Positions 1 to 10,285 of a stretch of DNA of 64,000 nucleotides are shown piece by piece. Under the pieces are notes generated by a model. The model did no database searches, had not been told where the DNA came from, and was given only the letters and a program-made list of their open reading frames with translations. Each line of letters begins with the position of its first letter. Within the stretch, counting starts at the first letter, position 1. Origin of the DNA: an uncultured bacterium (GTDB lineage Bacteria; Fermentibacterota; Fermentibacteria; Fermentibacterales; JCC-6); the NCBI GenBank assembly GCA_964553045.1, contig CAZKJG010000011.1, forward strand, positions 4,644-68,643, given 5' to 3'. The translations under genes and the position numbers were made by a program.

Positions 1-305
1 ACGTATTCCCATTCTCCCCCCGGCCCGGAACACCGGCGGCGGAGATGCCAGGCGCCATGAGCCCCCACGCGATTGCCGACAGGGCCCGTGTAATGCGGGA
101 GCTGGGGGCCGAGGCCAGAAGGCGCTTCAGGCTCTCCCGACTGGGCGAAGACGCCATCTGCCTGGTCGAGGGACGGAGCCTCGACGGATGCACCGCCGGC
201 ATGACCGACAACTACATTCCCGTACTCGTCGACGGTGCGGCCCGGGAGGGCGATATGGTTCCGGTGACGCTCCGCCTGGAGAACGTGGCCTGGGGCAGAC
301 GCTGA
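1..305 (+). CDS. C-terminal fragment (TRAM domain) of a MiaB/RimO/MtaB-family methylthiotransferase; gene begins upstream of window
   Basis: Open frame runs from position 3 without a stop. The tail ...ICLVEGRS.DG...GMTDNYIPVLVDG...GDMVPVTL resembles the TRAM domain of radical-SAM methylthiotransferases. The stop TGA at 303-305 overlaps the next ATG. Confidence 0.45.
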   Translation, partial: VFPFSPRPGTPAAEMPGAMSPHAIADRARVMRELGAEARRRFRLSRLGEDAICLVEGRSLDGCTAGMTDNYIPVLVDGAAREGDMVPVTLRLENVAWGRR

Positions 306-895
306 TGCTGGTTGGGGTAACCGGGAACAGCGGCTGCGGTCAGACCAGCTTCGCAACGGAGCTCGCGAGCTGCGGAGCAGAGGTATGCTCGCTGGACCGC
401 GTGGGCCACAGGCTGCTGGCCCGCCGGCGCATCGCAAGGAGGGCGGGGCGGAACCTCGGCCTGCCCGGCCTGGAAGACCTCGACCCTCCGGAGGCCAGAC
501 GGCTGGTGGGGGAGGAGGTTTTCGCCTCCCGGCGGAGGCTCGAGGTCCTCAACTCGCTGCTTCACCCCATGATGAGGCGCTGGGCGCATATCGCGGCGGA
601 GAGGGTCCGGGACTGCGGAGGGATCTTCGTACTAGAGGGGGCGCTTATCATGGAGCTGGGGCTGGCGCCGCTGTTCGACCGTCTCGTGGTGATAGTGGAC
701 ACTCTCGAGAGGTGCCGGCGGCGGGCGGCGCTCAGGGACGGAGTGTCCGCAGGCACTGTCGAGGCCCGGTGGCGAGCCCAGTGGAGCATGCAGCGGAAGG
801 CCGCCGCGGCGGACGTCGTAGTGCGCAACAGTGGGAGGGAGGACCTGCTCCTGGAGAGGGCGCGGGCCCTGTACAGGAGCCTGCGGCGTATGTAG
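305..895 (+). CDS. coaE: dephospho-CoA kinase
   Basis: Walker-A-like GVTGNSGCGQTS sits at the N-terminus. Size (~196 aa) and overall CoaE-like layout fit. TGATG overlap with the upstream gene. Confidence 0.65.
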   Translation: MLVGVTGNSGCGQTSFATELASCGAEVCSLDRVGHRLLARRRIARRAGRNLGLPGLEDLDPPEARRLVGEEVFASRRRLEVLNSLLHPMMRRWAHIAAERVRDCGGIFVLEGALIMELGLAPLFDRLVVIVDTLERCRRRAALRDGVSAGTVEARWRAQWSMQRKAAAADVVVRNSGREDLLLERARALYRSLRRM

Positions 896-956
896 ATTGC
901 GCCTCTCGGGAATGAGAGCCGCCGTTTCGGCGGCGTATCCACGATTCGGAGGACAG

Positions 957-1706
957 ATGGCCAACAAGACCAGAAAGCGTCTGACCAAGACTCAGCTCAA
1001 GAAGGACCCGGTAGCCGACAATCTGATGAAGGCGTGGGTCTTCTTCAACGAGCACCTCAAAACGATCGTAATCGCATTTATTGTTATTATTATAGCGATA
1101 TTCATAATTAACAGCGCGGTGGGCGGCTCCCGCAAATCGAAGCAGCAGTCGCTGGCAGTACACATGATGGCGGACATCTACCTCTCACAGGCCATGTCGG
1201 CTACGGCCTCGGACCAGCAGCAGCAGATTGAGATGGCCATGCAGGCCCTGCAGCAGGCGCGACAGGTGGCCATGATGAACTACCGCAACAACCCCGGAAC
1301 CAGGTGGGGCAAGCGGTCGGGCCTGCTGGTGGCCAAGTGCGCCATAATAATGGGCTCCCCTGGGGACGCCATAGACATACTCAACGACCTTCTCGCCTCA
1401 GGGCCCGAAGGGCATTTCCGCGCGGAGCTACTGATGCACCTCGCAACGGCCCAGGAGAACCGCGGCGGAGAGCAGGATCTCGACGTAGCCGCATCCAACT
1501 GTCGCGAGATCCTGCAGACCGTTCCCGACAGCTCGGCCATGGCGATGCAGGCCTTGTCCATGCTGGGAAGGATATCCGTGTTGGGCGGCGATCTGGAGGC
1601 CGCCAGGGACTACATCGGCTCTGCGGCGGAGATACGGGGAGATACGACCGATTTCGAGATGTACCAGCTGCGGCGCATAGAGCTGATGGAGCAGAACCTC
1701 ATATAG
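957..1706 (+). CDS. YfgM-like (UPF0070) membrane-anchored TPR-like protein
   Basis: N-terminal basic segment, then a single AT-rich-coded TM helix (IVIAFIVIIIAIFII), then a helical Gln/Ala-rich periplasmic domain. The architecture matches the YfgM family. ATG at 957. Confidence 0.4.
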   Translation: MANKTRKRLTKTQLKKDPVADNLMKAWVFFNEHLKTIVIAFIVIIIAIFIINSAVGGSRKSKQQSLAVHMMADIYLSQAMSATASDQQQQIEMAMQALQQARQVAMMNYRNNPGTRWGKRSGLLVAKCAIIMGSPGDAIDILNDLLASGPEGHFRAELLMHLATAQENRGGEQDLDVAASNCREILQTVPDSSAMAMQALSMLGRISVLGGDLEAARDYIGSAAEIRGDTTDFEMYQLRRIELMEQNLI

Positions 1707-1812
1707 CAGGGGCGGATGCGACAGATCGCCGGGGGTGTCTGAGTGCATAGAATGTCCGATAAGATATATTATGTAAAGTCATTTCCATTTCCTTCCTTTG
1801 TCCCGTTTCGGA

Positions 1813-4578
1813 TTACTCCTGTTCCTCCTCTCCCTCGATATCCCCGAGGATATCGGCCAGCTTGGCCAGTGAATACGGTTTGTGCAGGAATCCGCTTACG
1901 CCCATCTCGATGAATCTGGGCATGATCTCATCTTTGGCGTATCCGCTGCTCACGACCACTTTGATGCGGGGCCGGATTTCGCGCATGGCCTTCAGCGTCT
2001 CCAGGCCGTCCATTCCCGGCATTGTAAAGTCCAGGAGCACCAGCGAAACGTCTTCAGCCTCATCTTCGTGCAGAACATCTATGGCCGCGTGGCCGGATGC
2101 GGCCGTAGCTACGTTGTATCCCATGTGTTGAAGAAGCTCGGAGGCCGTGTCGAGAATGATCCGCTCGTCGTCGACTACGAGGATTGTGGATGCCCGGGAG
2201 GCGGCGGGCTGCGTCCGGGGGCTGTAGCCGGGCGTGGTCATGGCTTTGTATGACGGATCGGCCTCCCCGTAGCTGCTGCGGTCCGCGGGGGACGCCTGCG
2301 GAAGGAGTACTGTAAAGGTTGAGCCTTCTCGGGGGGCGCTCTGGACGGAAATCGCTCCCCCGTGGCCGCGGACTATGCCGAGAACGGACGCCAGTCCCAG
2401 GCCGCGGCCGGTGAACTTGGTTGTGAAGAACGGATCAAAGGCCCTGGATACGGTATCTTCGTCCATGCCGCATCCGTTGTCAGATACGGTGAGTATGACG
2501 TAGCAGCCGGTTCCGAGGTCGTCATTTACGTATGTGGCTGCCAGCTCGGCGCGTTCCTTTTCCCTGATACGGAGCGCCACGGATATCCTGCCTTCTGCGC
2601 CCTCCAGAGCCTCGGAGGCGTTCATGACCAGGTTGAGTACAACCTGCTGCAGCTGAGCGGGATCGCCCACGACCCAAGCGGGGTCGTCGGATATGTCAAT
2701 GACGAGCTCGGCATGGCTGGAGATCGTGGAGGCGAGGAAGCTGCGCATGGACTCCAGAAGGGTGTTCAGCTCCACGTTCAGGAGGCTTCTGCCGCCCTTG
2801 CCGGAGAAGGCCAGCATCTTGTCGCTGAGGTCGGACGCCCGGGATGCGGCGTTCCTTATCCTGGACAGCCTATCCCGAAGCTGGGCGGGGTCGGCCTCCT
2901 CGGACAGGGCGAGATCGACCTGGCCGATTATGCCCTCAAGGAGGTTGTTGAAATCGTGGGCTATGCCGCCGGCCATTATGCCCATGCTCTCCAGCTTCTG
3001 CGCCTTCTGGAGCTCCTCGTGGATCTTTCTGCGTTCCCGCTCGGCTTCCACGATGGAGGTTATGTCACGGCTGACGGATATGACGCCTGCGAAATCCCCG
3101 TTCTCCACCAGGGGCGAGAGCCGGGCCATGTAGTGACGACTGCCATTACCCATGTCGAGGGAATACTCGAAGTCGGTCACATCCCCTCCCCTGGCTATGC
3201 GGAAGGCGGCCTCCATCTTCTCTGCCAGATCGCCGGGGAGCACCTCCGAGTAGTGGCGACCCAGGAACTCGCTGGGAGAGAGCAGAAGCTGGCCCTCCTT
3301 GGGGGCGTAGTAGTGTATGAAGCGGCCGCGGCGGTCGAAGACGAACAGGACGTCGTGCATGGAGCGTATTATCGCCTCCAGGCGGCTCTGTGATGCGGTG
3401 TAGCGTTCGGTGGTTCGGTGTATCTCGGTCACGTCGCTGATGATGCCCTCGATGGAGGGGCCGTCTTCGAAGCCGTCGGGTATTATGGAGCCGTGCTCCC
3501 ATACGTGGCGCACAGAGCCGTTGCGGTGTCTGATGCGGTAGCTGATGCTGTAGGAGCGGCCTTCGGCTTCTACGGCTTCCTGCCCGGTCTCCCAGACCCT
3601 CTTGCGGTCGTCGGGGAGTATCAGGTCTCCGAAGGCAACCGCCTCATTTTCAACGAGTTCCTCGGGAAGGTAGCCGGTGAGGTCCCGGGAGCCCGGGCTT
3701 ACGAAGTCCATGCGCCAGTCCGGGGAGTTGTGACAGCGGAAAACCATGCCGGGGATATTGGAGAGTATGCTCTTCAGGAACCTCCGGCTCTCCCGAAGCT
3801 CCCTGCGGGCCCGCTCACGCTCGGTTACGTCCCGCATTATGCCCAGCACCCTGACTTGCCCCGGCCTGTCGGCCAGGCTTACCGTGCTCACGTCCACAAG
3901 GGCATGCTCTCCCGACCGCTTCCGTATCTCAACGGTATAGCCGCCGGGAATCTCATCCCCGGACTTGCGGGCGCGGTACCTGCTGGCTATCAGCTCGGAG
4001 GTCGTGGAGGGCAGGAGAACCTCGTAGTCGAAGTCGGGGTCGGTGAGCTCATCGAAGCTGTAGCCGGTGATCTCGCAGAACCTCGGGTTGACGTACACGT
4101 AGTGCTTGTTCTCGAGCATGTAGATTGCGTCGAAGGCGTTCTCAACGAGGGAGCGGTAGAGCGCCTCGTCCCTGTCGTCCCGGCTCCTCTCCACCCAGCT
4201 TCTGCCCGGGTCCAGAAGGCCCACTCCGAGCGAGGGGTCTCCCCGGTACTCGCAGCCCATGACCAGCGCCATGAGATCCCTTGTGGAACCATCGGGAAGC
4301 ATGGCTGAGAAGCTGACGCTTCTGACCGCACCCGGCCGCTCCCTGCAACTACTGTATACCTCCAGCATACGGGTCTGCTCGTCTGGATGGGTGAGTCTGT
4401 GGGCGACCCTCCCGGTGATTTCATTCCCTCCGGCCCTGTCGAAGAGCTTCGATGCGCCGCGGTCCGCGGCCACCACCCTCGGCGGGTCGCCGCTGAGGAT
4501 CAAAAAGCCCTGCAGGGAGCGGTCGGCAAGGCGCGATCTTATGCGCTCCGCGTCTTCGGAGAGCGGCTCTTTTTTCAC
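1813..4578 (-). CDS. hybrid sensor histidine kinase/response regulator with multiple PAS domains
   Basis: 921 aa. Repeated PAS-like segments. HisKA H-box (GIAHDFNNLL). HATPase N/G boxes (LVMNASEA, DNGCGMD, GRGLGLA). C-terminal receiver domain (ILVVDDE...LLDFTMPGMDG...KPY). Confidence 0.9.
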   Translation of the reverse strand: MKKEPLSEDAERIRSRLADRSLQGFLILSGDPPRVVAADRGASKLFDRAGGNEITGRVAHRLTHPDEQTRMLEVYSSCRERPGAVRSVSFSAMLPDGSTRDLMALVMGCEYRGDPSLGVGLLDPGRSWVERSRDDRDEALYRSLVENAFDAIYMLENKHYVYVNPRFCEITGYSFDELTDPDFDYEVLLPSTTSELIASRYRARKSGDEIPGGYTVEIRKRSGEHALVDVSTVSLADRPGQVRVLGIMRDVTERERARRELRESRRFLKSILSNIPGMVFRCHNSPDWRMDFVSPGSRDLTGYLPEELVENEAVAFGDLILPDDRKRVWETGQEAVEAEGRSYSISYRIRHRNGSVRHVWEHGSIIPDGFEDGPSIEGIISDVTEIHRTTERYTASQSRLEAIIRSMHDVLFVFDRRGRFIHYYAPKEGQLLLSPSEFLGRHYSEVLPGDLAEKMEAAFRIARGGDVTDFEYSLDMGNGSRHYMARLSPLVENGDFAGVISVSRDITSIVEAERERRKIHEELQKAQKLESMGIMAGGIAHDFNNLLEGIIGQVDLALSEEADPAQLRDRLSRIRNAASRASDLSDKMLAFSGKGGRSLLNVELNTLLESMRSFLASTISSHAELVIDISDDPAWVVGDPAQLQQVVLNLVMNASEALEGAEGRISVALRIREKERAELAATYVNDDLGTGCYVILTVSDNGCGMDEDTVSRAFDPFFTTKFTGRGLGLASVLGIVRGHGGAISVQSAPREGSTFTVLLPQASPADRSSYGEADPSYKAMTTPGYSPRTQPAASRASTILVVDDERIILDTASELLQHMGYNVATAASGHAAIDVLHEDEAEDVSLVLLDFTMPGMDGLETLKAMREIRPRIKVVVSSGYAKDEIMPRFIEMGVSGFLHKPYSLAKLADILGDIEGEEEQE

Positions 4579-4700
4579 GAAAGCACCCGTTCGGTGTGAG
4601 TCAGGCGTCTGCTGCCTACCATCGGTTATCTCGGGTGGCGTCGGCCTCCACCTTCAGAGACATTCTATCCGGGGCCGGATGCGGGGACAAGTCCCGCAGG

Positions 4701-5240
4701 CTACTCCCTGTGCGCCAGCCCCAGTATGAGGCCCAGCACCACCGACCACAGGGCCGCCAGGGTTATCTGCAGATCCTCGCTGCGAATCAGGAAGGTCAAC
4801 GTATGGGCCGGAATCCAGAACCAGAACAGGGTCGCTATGGCCGTCTTCACGCCCCTGTAGTTGCCGGGAGCGCCCATGACCAGATTGTCCTCCCAGCGGT
4901 GGAACAGCATCATCTGGGGGCCGAAGAACGTGTTGGTGAACACGCTCTTGGCCAGGGCGAAGGGCACCGCCAATCCGACTATACGGGCGGAAGCCGACAA
5001 CCCCACCTTCTCGAAAACGGATCTGGTGAAGCCGTCGAAACCGGCAAAAGCCATCTTTATGATCAGGCCCAGCACGCCCCAGGCCGCCATCTTGCCCAGC
5101 AGCTTCGGAATCCCGGCGCCGAGCCTCCGCCGCCGCAACAGGCAGGAGATGTACTCCCCCAGCATTCCCAACACCGCGAACTGCAGGAAGGCTGCTGCGA
5201 ACGGATGGCTCTCCAGCAGGCCTACGTAGGCTTCGAACAT
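4701..5240 (-). CDS. hypothetical polytopic membrane protein (terminal gene of the Bat operon block)
   Basis: 179 aa with 4-5 predicted hydrophobic helices. Overlaps the BatD-like gene by 19 nt. No recognisable catalytic motif. Confidence 0.4.
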   Translation of the reverse strand: MFEAYVGLLESHPFAAAFLQFAVLGMLGEYISCLLRRRRLGAGIPKLLGKMAAWGVLGLIIKMAFAGFDGFTRSVFEKVGLSASARIVGLAVPFALAKSVFTNTFFGPQMMLFHRWEDNLVMGAPGNYRGVKTAIATLFWFWIPAHTLTFLIRSEDLQITLAALWSVVLGLILGLAHRE

Positions 5241-6730
5241 GTACCCTCTCCCCTCCCCTGACCGAGATCGGCCTCCGTGTCGAGCAGCTCTTTCAGCCGC
5301 TCCACGGCCGCCAGCGCCTCCCCCTTCACATCCTCTAGCATATACCTTTCGGAACCGGTGACCAGCGCCTCGGCGTGCCGCCAGCAGGCCACCACGGATC
5401 TGGCGGTGATCCGGTCCACCCCCTTCAGGGAGAGCATCCTGGCCAGCTCCCGGCCGTCAACGTAGCCCCTCTCGCCACTGACCAGGCGGCTCAGCTCCGC
5501 CTCCAGAGCCGAGAGCAGCTCGTCGGGATCGGCTGCGTCTTCGAGTGATGCCGTCCGTTCGCTTCGTCTGGCTCTAAGCACCATGACCGCCGCTAGGATC
5601 GCGGCCAGTGCCACCAGCAGGGCAGCCAGCAATGCGGGCGAGGGACCGTCGTCGCCATCCCGCCGCGGCATGACCGCGTCCCTCGAGGGGGCAGACGGCG
5701 AGACGCTTGCGGCAGAAGGGCCGAAGACGGCCTGCCCGAAGGTACCGGTCTCCGGATCCAGCCACGCCACGCTGTCCGGCCCCAGCACCACCCTTCCGCT
5801 GTCGCTGGGGACCAGAAGCCATGTCCATGTCCTCCTCTTGCCCTCCCCGCTGGCGTCAACCTCCTCCAGATCGGCCGGCCCCCGCACCGTGATGGCGGGA
5901 AAGCCGTCGATGAATGGGGCTCCCTCGCCGGAAGCCGTCAGCACGACCTGCCGCTCCGCGGAGTTTCCGGGGTGCGCGGTCACCTCCAGCGAAAGGGCGA
6001 TCTCCCCTACCGCTCCGGCGAAGTTCTCCGGTCTGCCCTCCCGCGGAATCGGATGTACTGCGACCCTTGCGCTGTCGCTGACCAGCCGCACACCGCTGCC
6101 CAGCGGCGAACCGCGGGCGAAGGCCACGGCGCTCACCTCTACGAAGGGCACCAGCAGGCTGCCGGGACAGGCGGGCACCATCTCCAGCGTGAGCACCTCC
6201 GCTTTCGAGAATAGGCCGTCCTCGGCCTCCCATCTCGGGTCGCCCGGATCTTCGGCCAGGCTGACCATGGCGTGGCGCGGGGACTGCCAGCTGCGGGTTA
6301 TGCTTCTCAGCGGATAACGGGTATGCAGAACGTAGTGCACCCGTATGGGCGTTCCGGGATACAGTCTGTGTGGCTGCTTCGGCACGGCCTGCAGCCATAT
6401 GGGTCGGGTCGAGGCGGCGGAAGGAGGCGCTTCTTCGCCTTCGCGGGTCCCTGAGGCGCTGTCGGGCAGTACGACTATCTCCACCGAGCCCAGGTCGTAG
6501 CTCTCGCTGCCCCCGGCTCGGACCCTGAACGGACCCAGGGTCGCGGTTCCCGGACCGAGGGCCGTGTAGCCGAGGGCCACTTCCGCCCGGCGGACGGTGG
6601 TCCGTCTACCGTTGACTATGGAGGTGCTTATTGACGTTGAGCTGCTGCGTCCCCGAAAGGACACGTTCCGGGCGGAGGGTGGCTCGAGGTCCACTCCGGA
6701 AACCGATTCCCCTTCGGCCGATATGCGCAC
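5222..6730 (-). CDS. BatD-like protein
   Basis: 502 aa. N-terminal secreted beta-rich region, then a TM segment (LLAALLVALAAILAAVMVL), then a cytoplasmic tail. Position after BatA/B/C matches BatD of Bacteroides-type aerotolerance operons. Confidence 0.55.
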   Translation of the reverse strand: MRISAEGESVSGVDLEPPSARNVSFRGRSSSTSISTSIVNGRRTTVRRAEVALGYTALGPGTATLGPFRVRAGGSESYDLGSVEIVVLPDSASGTREGEEAPPSAASTRPIWLQAVPKQPHRLYPGTPIRVHYVLHTRYPLRSITRSWQSPRHAMVSLAEDPGDPRWEAEDGLFSKAEVLTLEMVPACPGSLLVPFVEVSAVAFARGSPLGSGVRLVSDSARVAVHPIPREGRPENFAGAVGEIALSLEVTAHPGNSAERQVVLTASGEGAPFIDGFPAITVRGPADLEEVDASGEGKRRTWTWLLVPSDSGRVVLGPDSVAWLDPETGTFGQAVFGPSAASVSPSAPSRDAVMPRRDGDDGPSPALLAALLVALAAILAAVMVLRARRSERTASLEDAADPDELLSALEAELSRLVSGERGYVDGRELARMLSLKGVDRITARSVVACWRHAEALVTGSERYMLEDVKGEALAAVERLKELLDTEADLGQGRGEGTCSKPT

Positions 6731-6819
6731 CTGGAAGCCCTCCGCAACTCGAACGGTATCCGGTGCGTGAATGGAGATATCGGCAGAAGCGAAGAGGGCT
6801 GCAGCCAGCAGGAAGTGAG

Positions 6820-7539
6820 CTACCAGGAGAGCCTCCCTCCTGTTGCGCGCGACTTCAGCGTATCCCGCGGCGATGCGTCTTCAACCATGTCCAGGATTCT
6901 GCGCGCCATCTCCGGGGTTATTCGCCCGGGAACCTCGGGGACCTCCTCCCCACTCCGGCGCTCCCCCGTCTCCCCGCGGGAGTCGGTCTGCCCTTCCGCT
7001 TCGGCGCCGTCTTGCTGGCTTTGACTGTCGCCGTCCTCCTCCCGCTCTGGGGGACTGTCCGACTCGCCGCCGCCACCATCCTGCGGAGGCGGGGGCTCGT
7101 GGTTCTGCAGCCATCGCAGGGCGGCCTCCAGATTGCCCGCGTCCACTGAGGCGGGGTCACCCCTGCGGCCGAGGAGCGCCCTGAGCGTATCCGCGGCGGC
7201 GCTTACTCCGGCGTAGTCACCTGCATTCATGGCGGCGGCCAGCGAAATCGCGATCCTGGCCGAGGCCAGCGTATCCGGGGGAACGTCCAGATAGCCCTCT
7301 CCGGCCCGCAGGGGCGAGAGCACGGTGTCGGCCTCTGCCGCTGCGGAGTCGGCGAACAGGGCCGCGGCGAGGTCCATGGCCAGCCTGGAATTATGGGGCA
7401 TTCTGCGGCTTAGGGTGTCCAATGCCGCCGCCGCCTCCGCCGCCCGGCCCGCGGACAGCATCTGAAGGGCTTCCACTGCCCTCCGGGACGGAGTGGCCGG
7501 TCGAGGCGACATTATCAGCGCCACTAGCACGGCAATCAC
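6820..7539 (-). CDS. BatC-like TPR-repeat protein with acidic tail
   Basis: N-terminal TM, TPR-like helical repeats, Asp/Glu/Gly-rich C-terminus. Lies between the BatB-like and BatD-like genes. Overlaps the batB stop. Confidence 0.45.
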   Translation of the reverse strand: MIAVLVALIMSPRPATPSRRAVEALQMLSAGRAAEAAAALDTLSRRMPHNSRLAMDLAAALFADSAAAEADTVLSPLRAGEGYLDVPPDTLASARIAISLAAAMNAGDYAGVSAAADTLRALLGRRGDPASVDAGNLEAALRWLQNHEPPPPQDGGGGESDSPPEREEDGDSQSQQDGAEAEGQTDSRGETGERRSGEEVPEVPGRITPEMARRILDMVEDASPRDTLKSRATGGRLSW

Positions 7540-8522
7540 TTCATCCTCCTCTCCGCCGTCCAGGCCCCCGCGCCAAGGAGCACCGAGGCCAGCAGGAAGA
7601 GATGGAATCGCCTGGCCGGCGCCAGGGCAGACCCGGACACGTTCCTCAATCCGCTCCGATCCATGACCTCCTCCAGGCCATCCGTCAGATCGTCTCCCGA
7701 AGATGCCTCGAGGTACAGTCCGCCCGTGCCGAGAGCCAGCCGGCGCAGTGGTTCGGGGTTGATCGCGGTCAGCACGGTGTCCCCCTCCGCTTCGGTCAAC
7801 ACGCCTCCCCTGCCGTCCGGGACCGGTACGGAGTCGGCGCCGCCCAGCCCGACCGCCGAGATGGGAAGATGTCGCTGCGATGCCCGGTGAGCGGAGCTCG
7901 CTGTGGAGTAGTCGTGAAAGCCACCGTCGGAGAGTATGAGGCCGGCCGATGACTCCAGTTCCATGTCGGGGACAACGGCCGTCATTATGTCCACCAGGTT
8001 GCTCAGCCTGGTCCCCGGCGGGAGGTCTGCCACCTCGTAAGGTGAGGACGGAAGCCGGCTGAACAGGAACTCCCTGTCCATGGTCAGCGGGACGGCCAGC
8101 CTGGCGCGGTCGGCAAAGAGAACAAGCGCGATTCTGGTGTCCGGAAGCCGTGCAGCGAGGCTCCGTACCGCCGCAGAGGCCCTTCCGAGCCGGGTGGGGA
8201 TCTCGTCCCGGGAGGCCATGGAGGCGGATGCGTCGAGGGCAACGACCAGGTTGCGGCCACCACGCGGGCTGACCGTCTCCCCCTGCCCCCAGAGGGGCCC
8301 GGCCAGGGCCAGGACCGCGGCGGTCACGGAGGCCAGCCAGAGGACCGTGGAGAGAGGTCGGCCCGAAGCGGGCCGTATGCCCACCTTGGTCCAGAGCGAG
8401 GGTCGCACGAACCTCCTGATCCGCTTTCGCTCGGCACGCGCGGCGAAAATCCGCAGCACCGCCAGCACCGGCACCGCAAGCAGCCCCAGAAGGAACCAGG
8501 GATGCTCGAAGCTCGGCATCAT
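7536..8522 (-). CDS. BatB-like von Willebrand factor A domain membrane protein
   Basis: Two N-terminal TM helices, then a VWA MIDAS motif (LVVALDASASM). Preferred start is MMPSFEHPWF at 8522, immediately after the batA stop. Confidence 0.7.
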   Translation of the reverse strand: MMPSFEHPWFLLGLLAVPVLAVLRIFAARAERKRIRRFVRPSLWTKVGIRPASGRPLSTVLWLASVTAAVLALAGPLWGQGETVSPRGGRNLVVALDASASMASRDEIPTRLGRASAAVRSLAARLPDTRIALVLFADRARLAVPLTMDREFLFSRLPSSPYEVADLPPGTRLSNLVDIMTAVVPDMELESSAGLILSDGGFHDYSTASSAHRASQRHLPISAVGLGGADSVPVPDGRGGVLTEAEGDTVLTAINPEPLRRLALGTGGLYLEASSGDDLTDGLEEVMDRSGLRNVSGSALAPARRFHLFLLASVLLGAGAWTAERRMK

Positions 8523-9451
8523 TCGCCCACCACCTTCATGGGGCCCCATCTTAGCAGCAGCGATATGATCAGAAGGCAGACCCCCAGAACAACCGGGAAC
8601 ATGTGGTGGTCGCGGTAGACGAAGAGGCCCTCCTCCGGAAGCGTGGAGGCTTCCAGGGAGTCTATCGCCCGGTAGACTCCGTCCAGGTCCGACCGGGAGT
8701 AGACGTCAAAGAGCCTGCCTCCGCAGATCCCGGCCATCGAGGAGAGCGTCCGCCTGTCGACCTCGTAGCCCAGGGCCGGAGAGGTAGTGCCTATGGCCAC
8801 CGTATAGAGTCTCAGGCTGTCGCCGTGCAGCGTGCTGACCGCCCGGGCAACTGTCACCGGATCCACGGCCCCCACCGTCTCCACGCCGTCGGAGAGAAGA
8901 ACGATCACCCGGCGCTCGGTCTGCGAGTAGTCGAGTCCCGAGGCCGCAACGGCCAGGCCCTGGCCTATCGAGGTGCCATCGCGCAGCAGCCCGGGCCCCG
9001 CCTCCTCCAGGAGTCCCTTGAGCGTCCGGTGGTCCAGGGTGGGCGGACATAGCGTCATGGCCTCGGCGGCGTAGACCACCAGCCCTATTCGGTCACCGGA
9101 TCTGCCCTCGATGAACTCCAGCGCCGCATCCTTGGCGGCCCGGAGGCGGTTTGGGCGGTAGTCCTCGGCCAGCATGCTGGTGGAGACGTCCAGCGAGAGG
9201 ATGATGTCTATCCCCTCGCCAGGTCTGGGAAGCCTCTCGTACCCGCTCTGCGGCCTGGAAATGGCGACCAGGATGCAGGCTCCGGACACCACAAGGAGGA
9301 GGTCGGGGAATCGGCCGGAGAGCCCGGCTCCGAGGAATTCGAACGGCCCCGTATACGGCAGAGCCGCGCTTCGGCGCCTGCGACCCTGCAGGAAGGCCAG
9401 AACGGCGACGGCCAGGGCGGCCAGGGCTCCGGGCCAAAAGGCGAACCGCAT
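8519..9451 (-). CDS. BatA-like von Willebrand factor A domain membrane protein
   Basis: Start MRFAFWPGALAALAVAVLAFL (ATGA overlap with upstream gene). VWA MIDAS motif IILSLDVSTSM. Second TM near the C-terminus. Confidence 0.7.
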   Translation of the reverse strand: MRFAFWPGALAALAVAVLAFLQGRRRRSAALPYTGPFEFLGAGLSGRFPDLLLVVSGACILVAISRPQSGYERLPRPGEGIDIILSLDVSTSMLAEDYRPNRLRAAKDAALEFIEGRSGDRIGLVVYAAEAMTLCPPTLDHRTLKGLLEEAGPGLLRDGTSIGQGLAVAASGLDYSQTERRVIVLLSDGVETVGAVDPVTVARAVSTLHGDSLRLYTVAIGTTSPALGYEVDRRTLSSMAGICGGRLFDVYSRSDLDGVYRAIDSLEASTLPEEGLFVYRDHHMFPVVLGVCLLIISLLLRWGPMKVVGE

Positions 9452-10284
9452 CAGCCGCACCACCTTTCTGCCAGGGCGGCCAGCCTGCGAACGTGGGATA
9501 CGGCCCGTTCGCGGCCGCTTCCCCATCCGGCGTAGCGCTGAAGAACGACCTCCCTCGCCAGCGGCAGGGCCTCCGCCCAGAGCTCCGTGCCCTCGGGCTC
9601 GGAGGAAAGCGCGACCCCTACCTGGGTATAGGTCAGCGGCCGGCAGTCAATGCCGGAGGCGCAATTGATAACGGCCCTCAGGATGGCGTCATAGCGGGAA
9701 TAAAACTCCCCCCAGTCCCCCGCCGCGAAGCAGGCTTCGTCCAGCAGCGCATGGGCGCGCGTGCAGAGAGATGGGGTTTCGGCAGGGGCGTCTTCCGAAG
9801 CCTTCTCCCCGCGGCGTCCGAGCAGCAGGTATGCCGCAGCGGCCGCCAGGGATACGGCGGCGGCCGCGGCGTACAGGTGCCAGCCGGACCCCGGTGAAGC
9901 CAGGCTTTCCCAGTACCTGTGGCGGTCGAGGTGCTCGCCGGGAAGACCCCGGGGTATGCGCGGATCAACCGGTGCCGGGAAGGATACGGAGTAGGCCGTG
10001 TCCGGCATCGTTGCCCGCAGGGGGATCGGATGCATGTCCACGAAGGCCGTATCGCCGTCGCGGTGGACGGCCAGGGGCGGCAGTCTGAGCGTGTCCAGCA
10101 CCAGCGGAACGACGGCGGCGGAATCCCCGGTCTGCCAGAGAATCGCGAAGGTGCTGTCGGGACTCAGCCCCGTCGTGTGCCAGCCCCCGGGAACGGGAAG
10201 CTCCAGCAGCAGTGTGTCCCCCAGGGCCGGCGGCTGCCCGCCGGAGGACGTGGCGAGGGCGGCCAGGAGAATGGCGAGAAGCAT
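9451..10284 (-). CDS. DUF4381-like protein of the MoxR/Bat operon
   Basis: Signal/TM at N-terminus and a second TM mid-protein. Conserved position between the DUF58 gene and batA. Confidence 0.4.
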   Translation of the reverse strand: MLLAILLAALATSSGGQPPALGDTLLLELPVPGGWHTTGLSPDSTFAILWQTGDSAAVVPLVLDTLRLPPLAVHRDGDTAFVDMHPIPLRATMPDTAYSVSFPAPVDPRIPRGLPGEHLDRHRYWESLASPGSGWHLYAAAAAVSLAAAAAYLLLGRRGEKASEDAPAETPSLCTRAHALLDEACFAAGDWGEFYSRYDAILRAVINCASGIDCRPLTYTQVGVALSSEPEGTELWAEALPLAREVVLQRYAGWGSGRERAVSHVRRLAALAERWCG

Positions 10285-10285
10285 G

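Noticed and set aside
2362-3393. 343-aa plus-strand ORF, and neighbouring plus ORFs 2693-3133 and 3418-4308
   Set aside because: All lie antisense within the hybrid sensor kinase gene. Gly/Ala/Val-rich GC-artefact composition.
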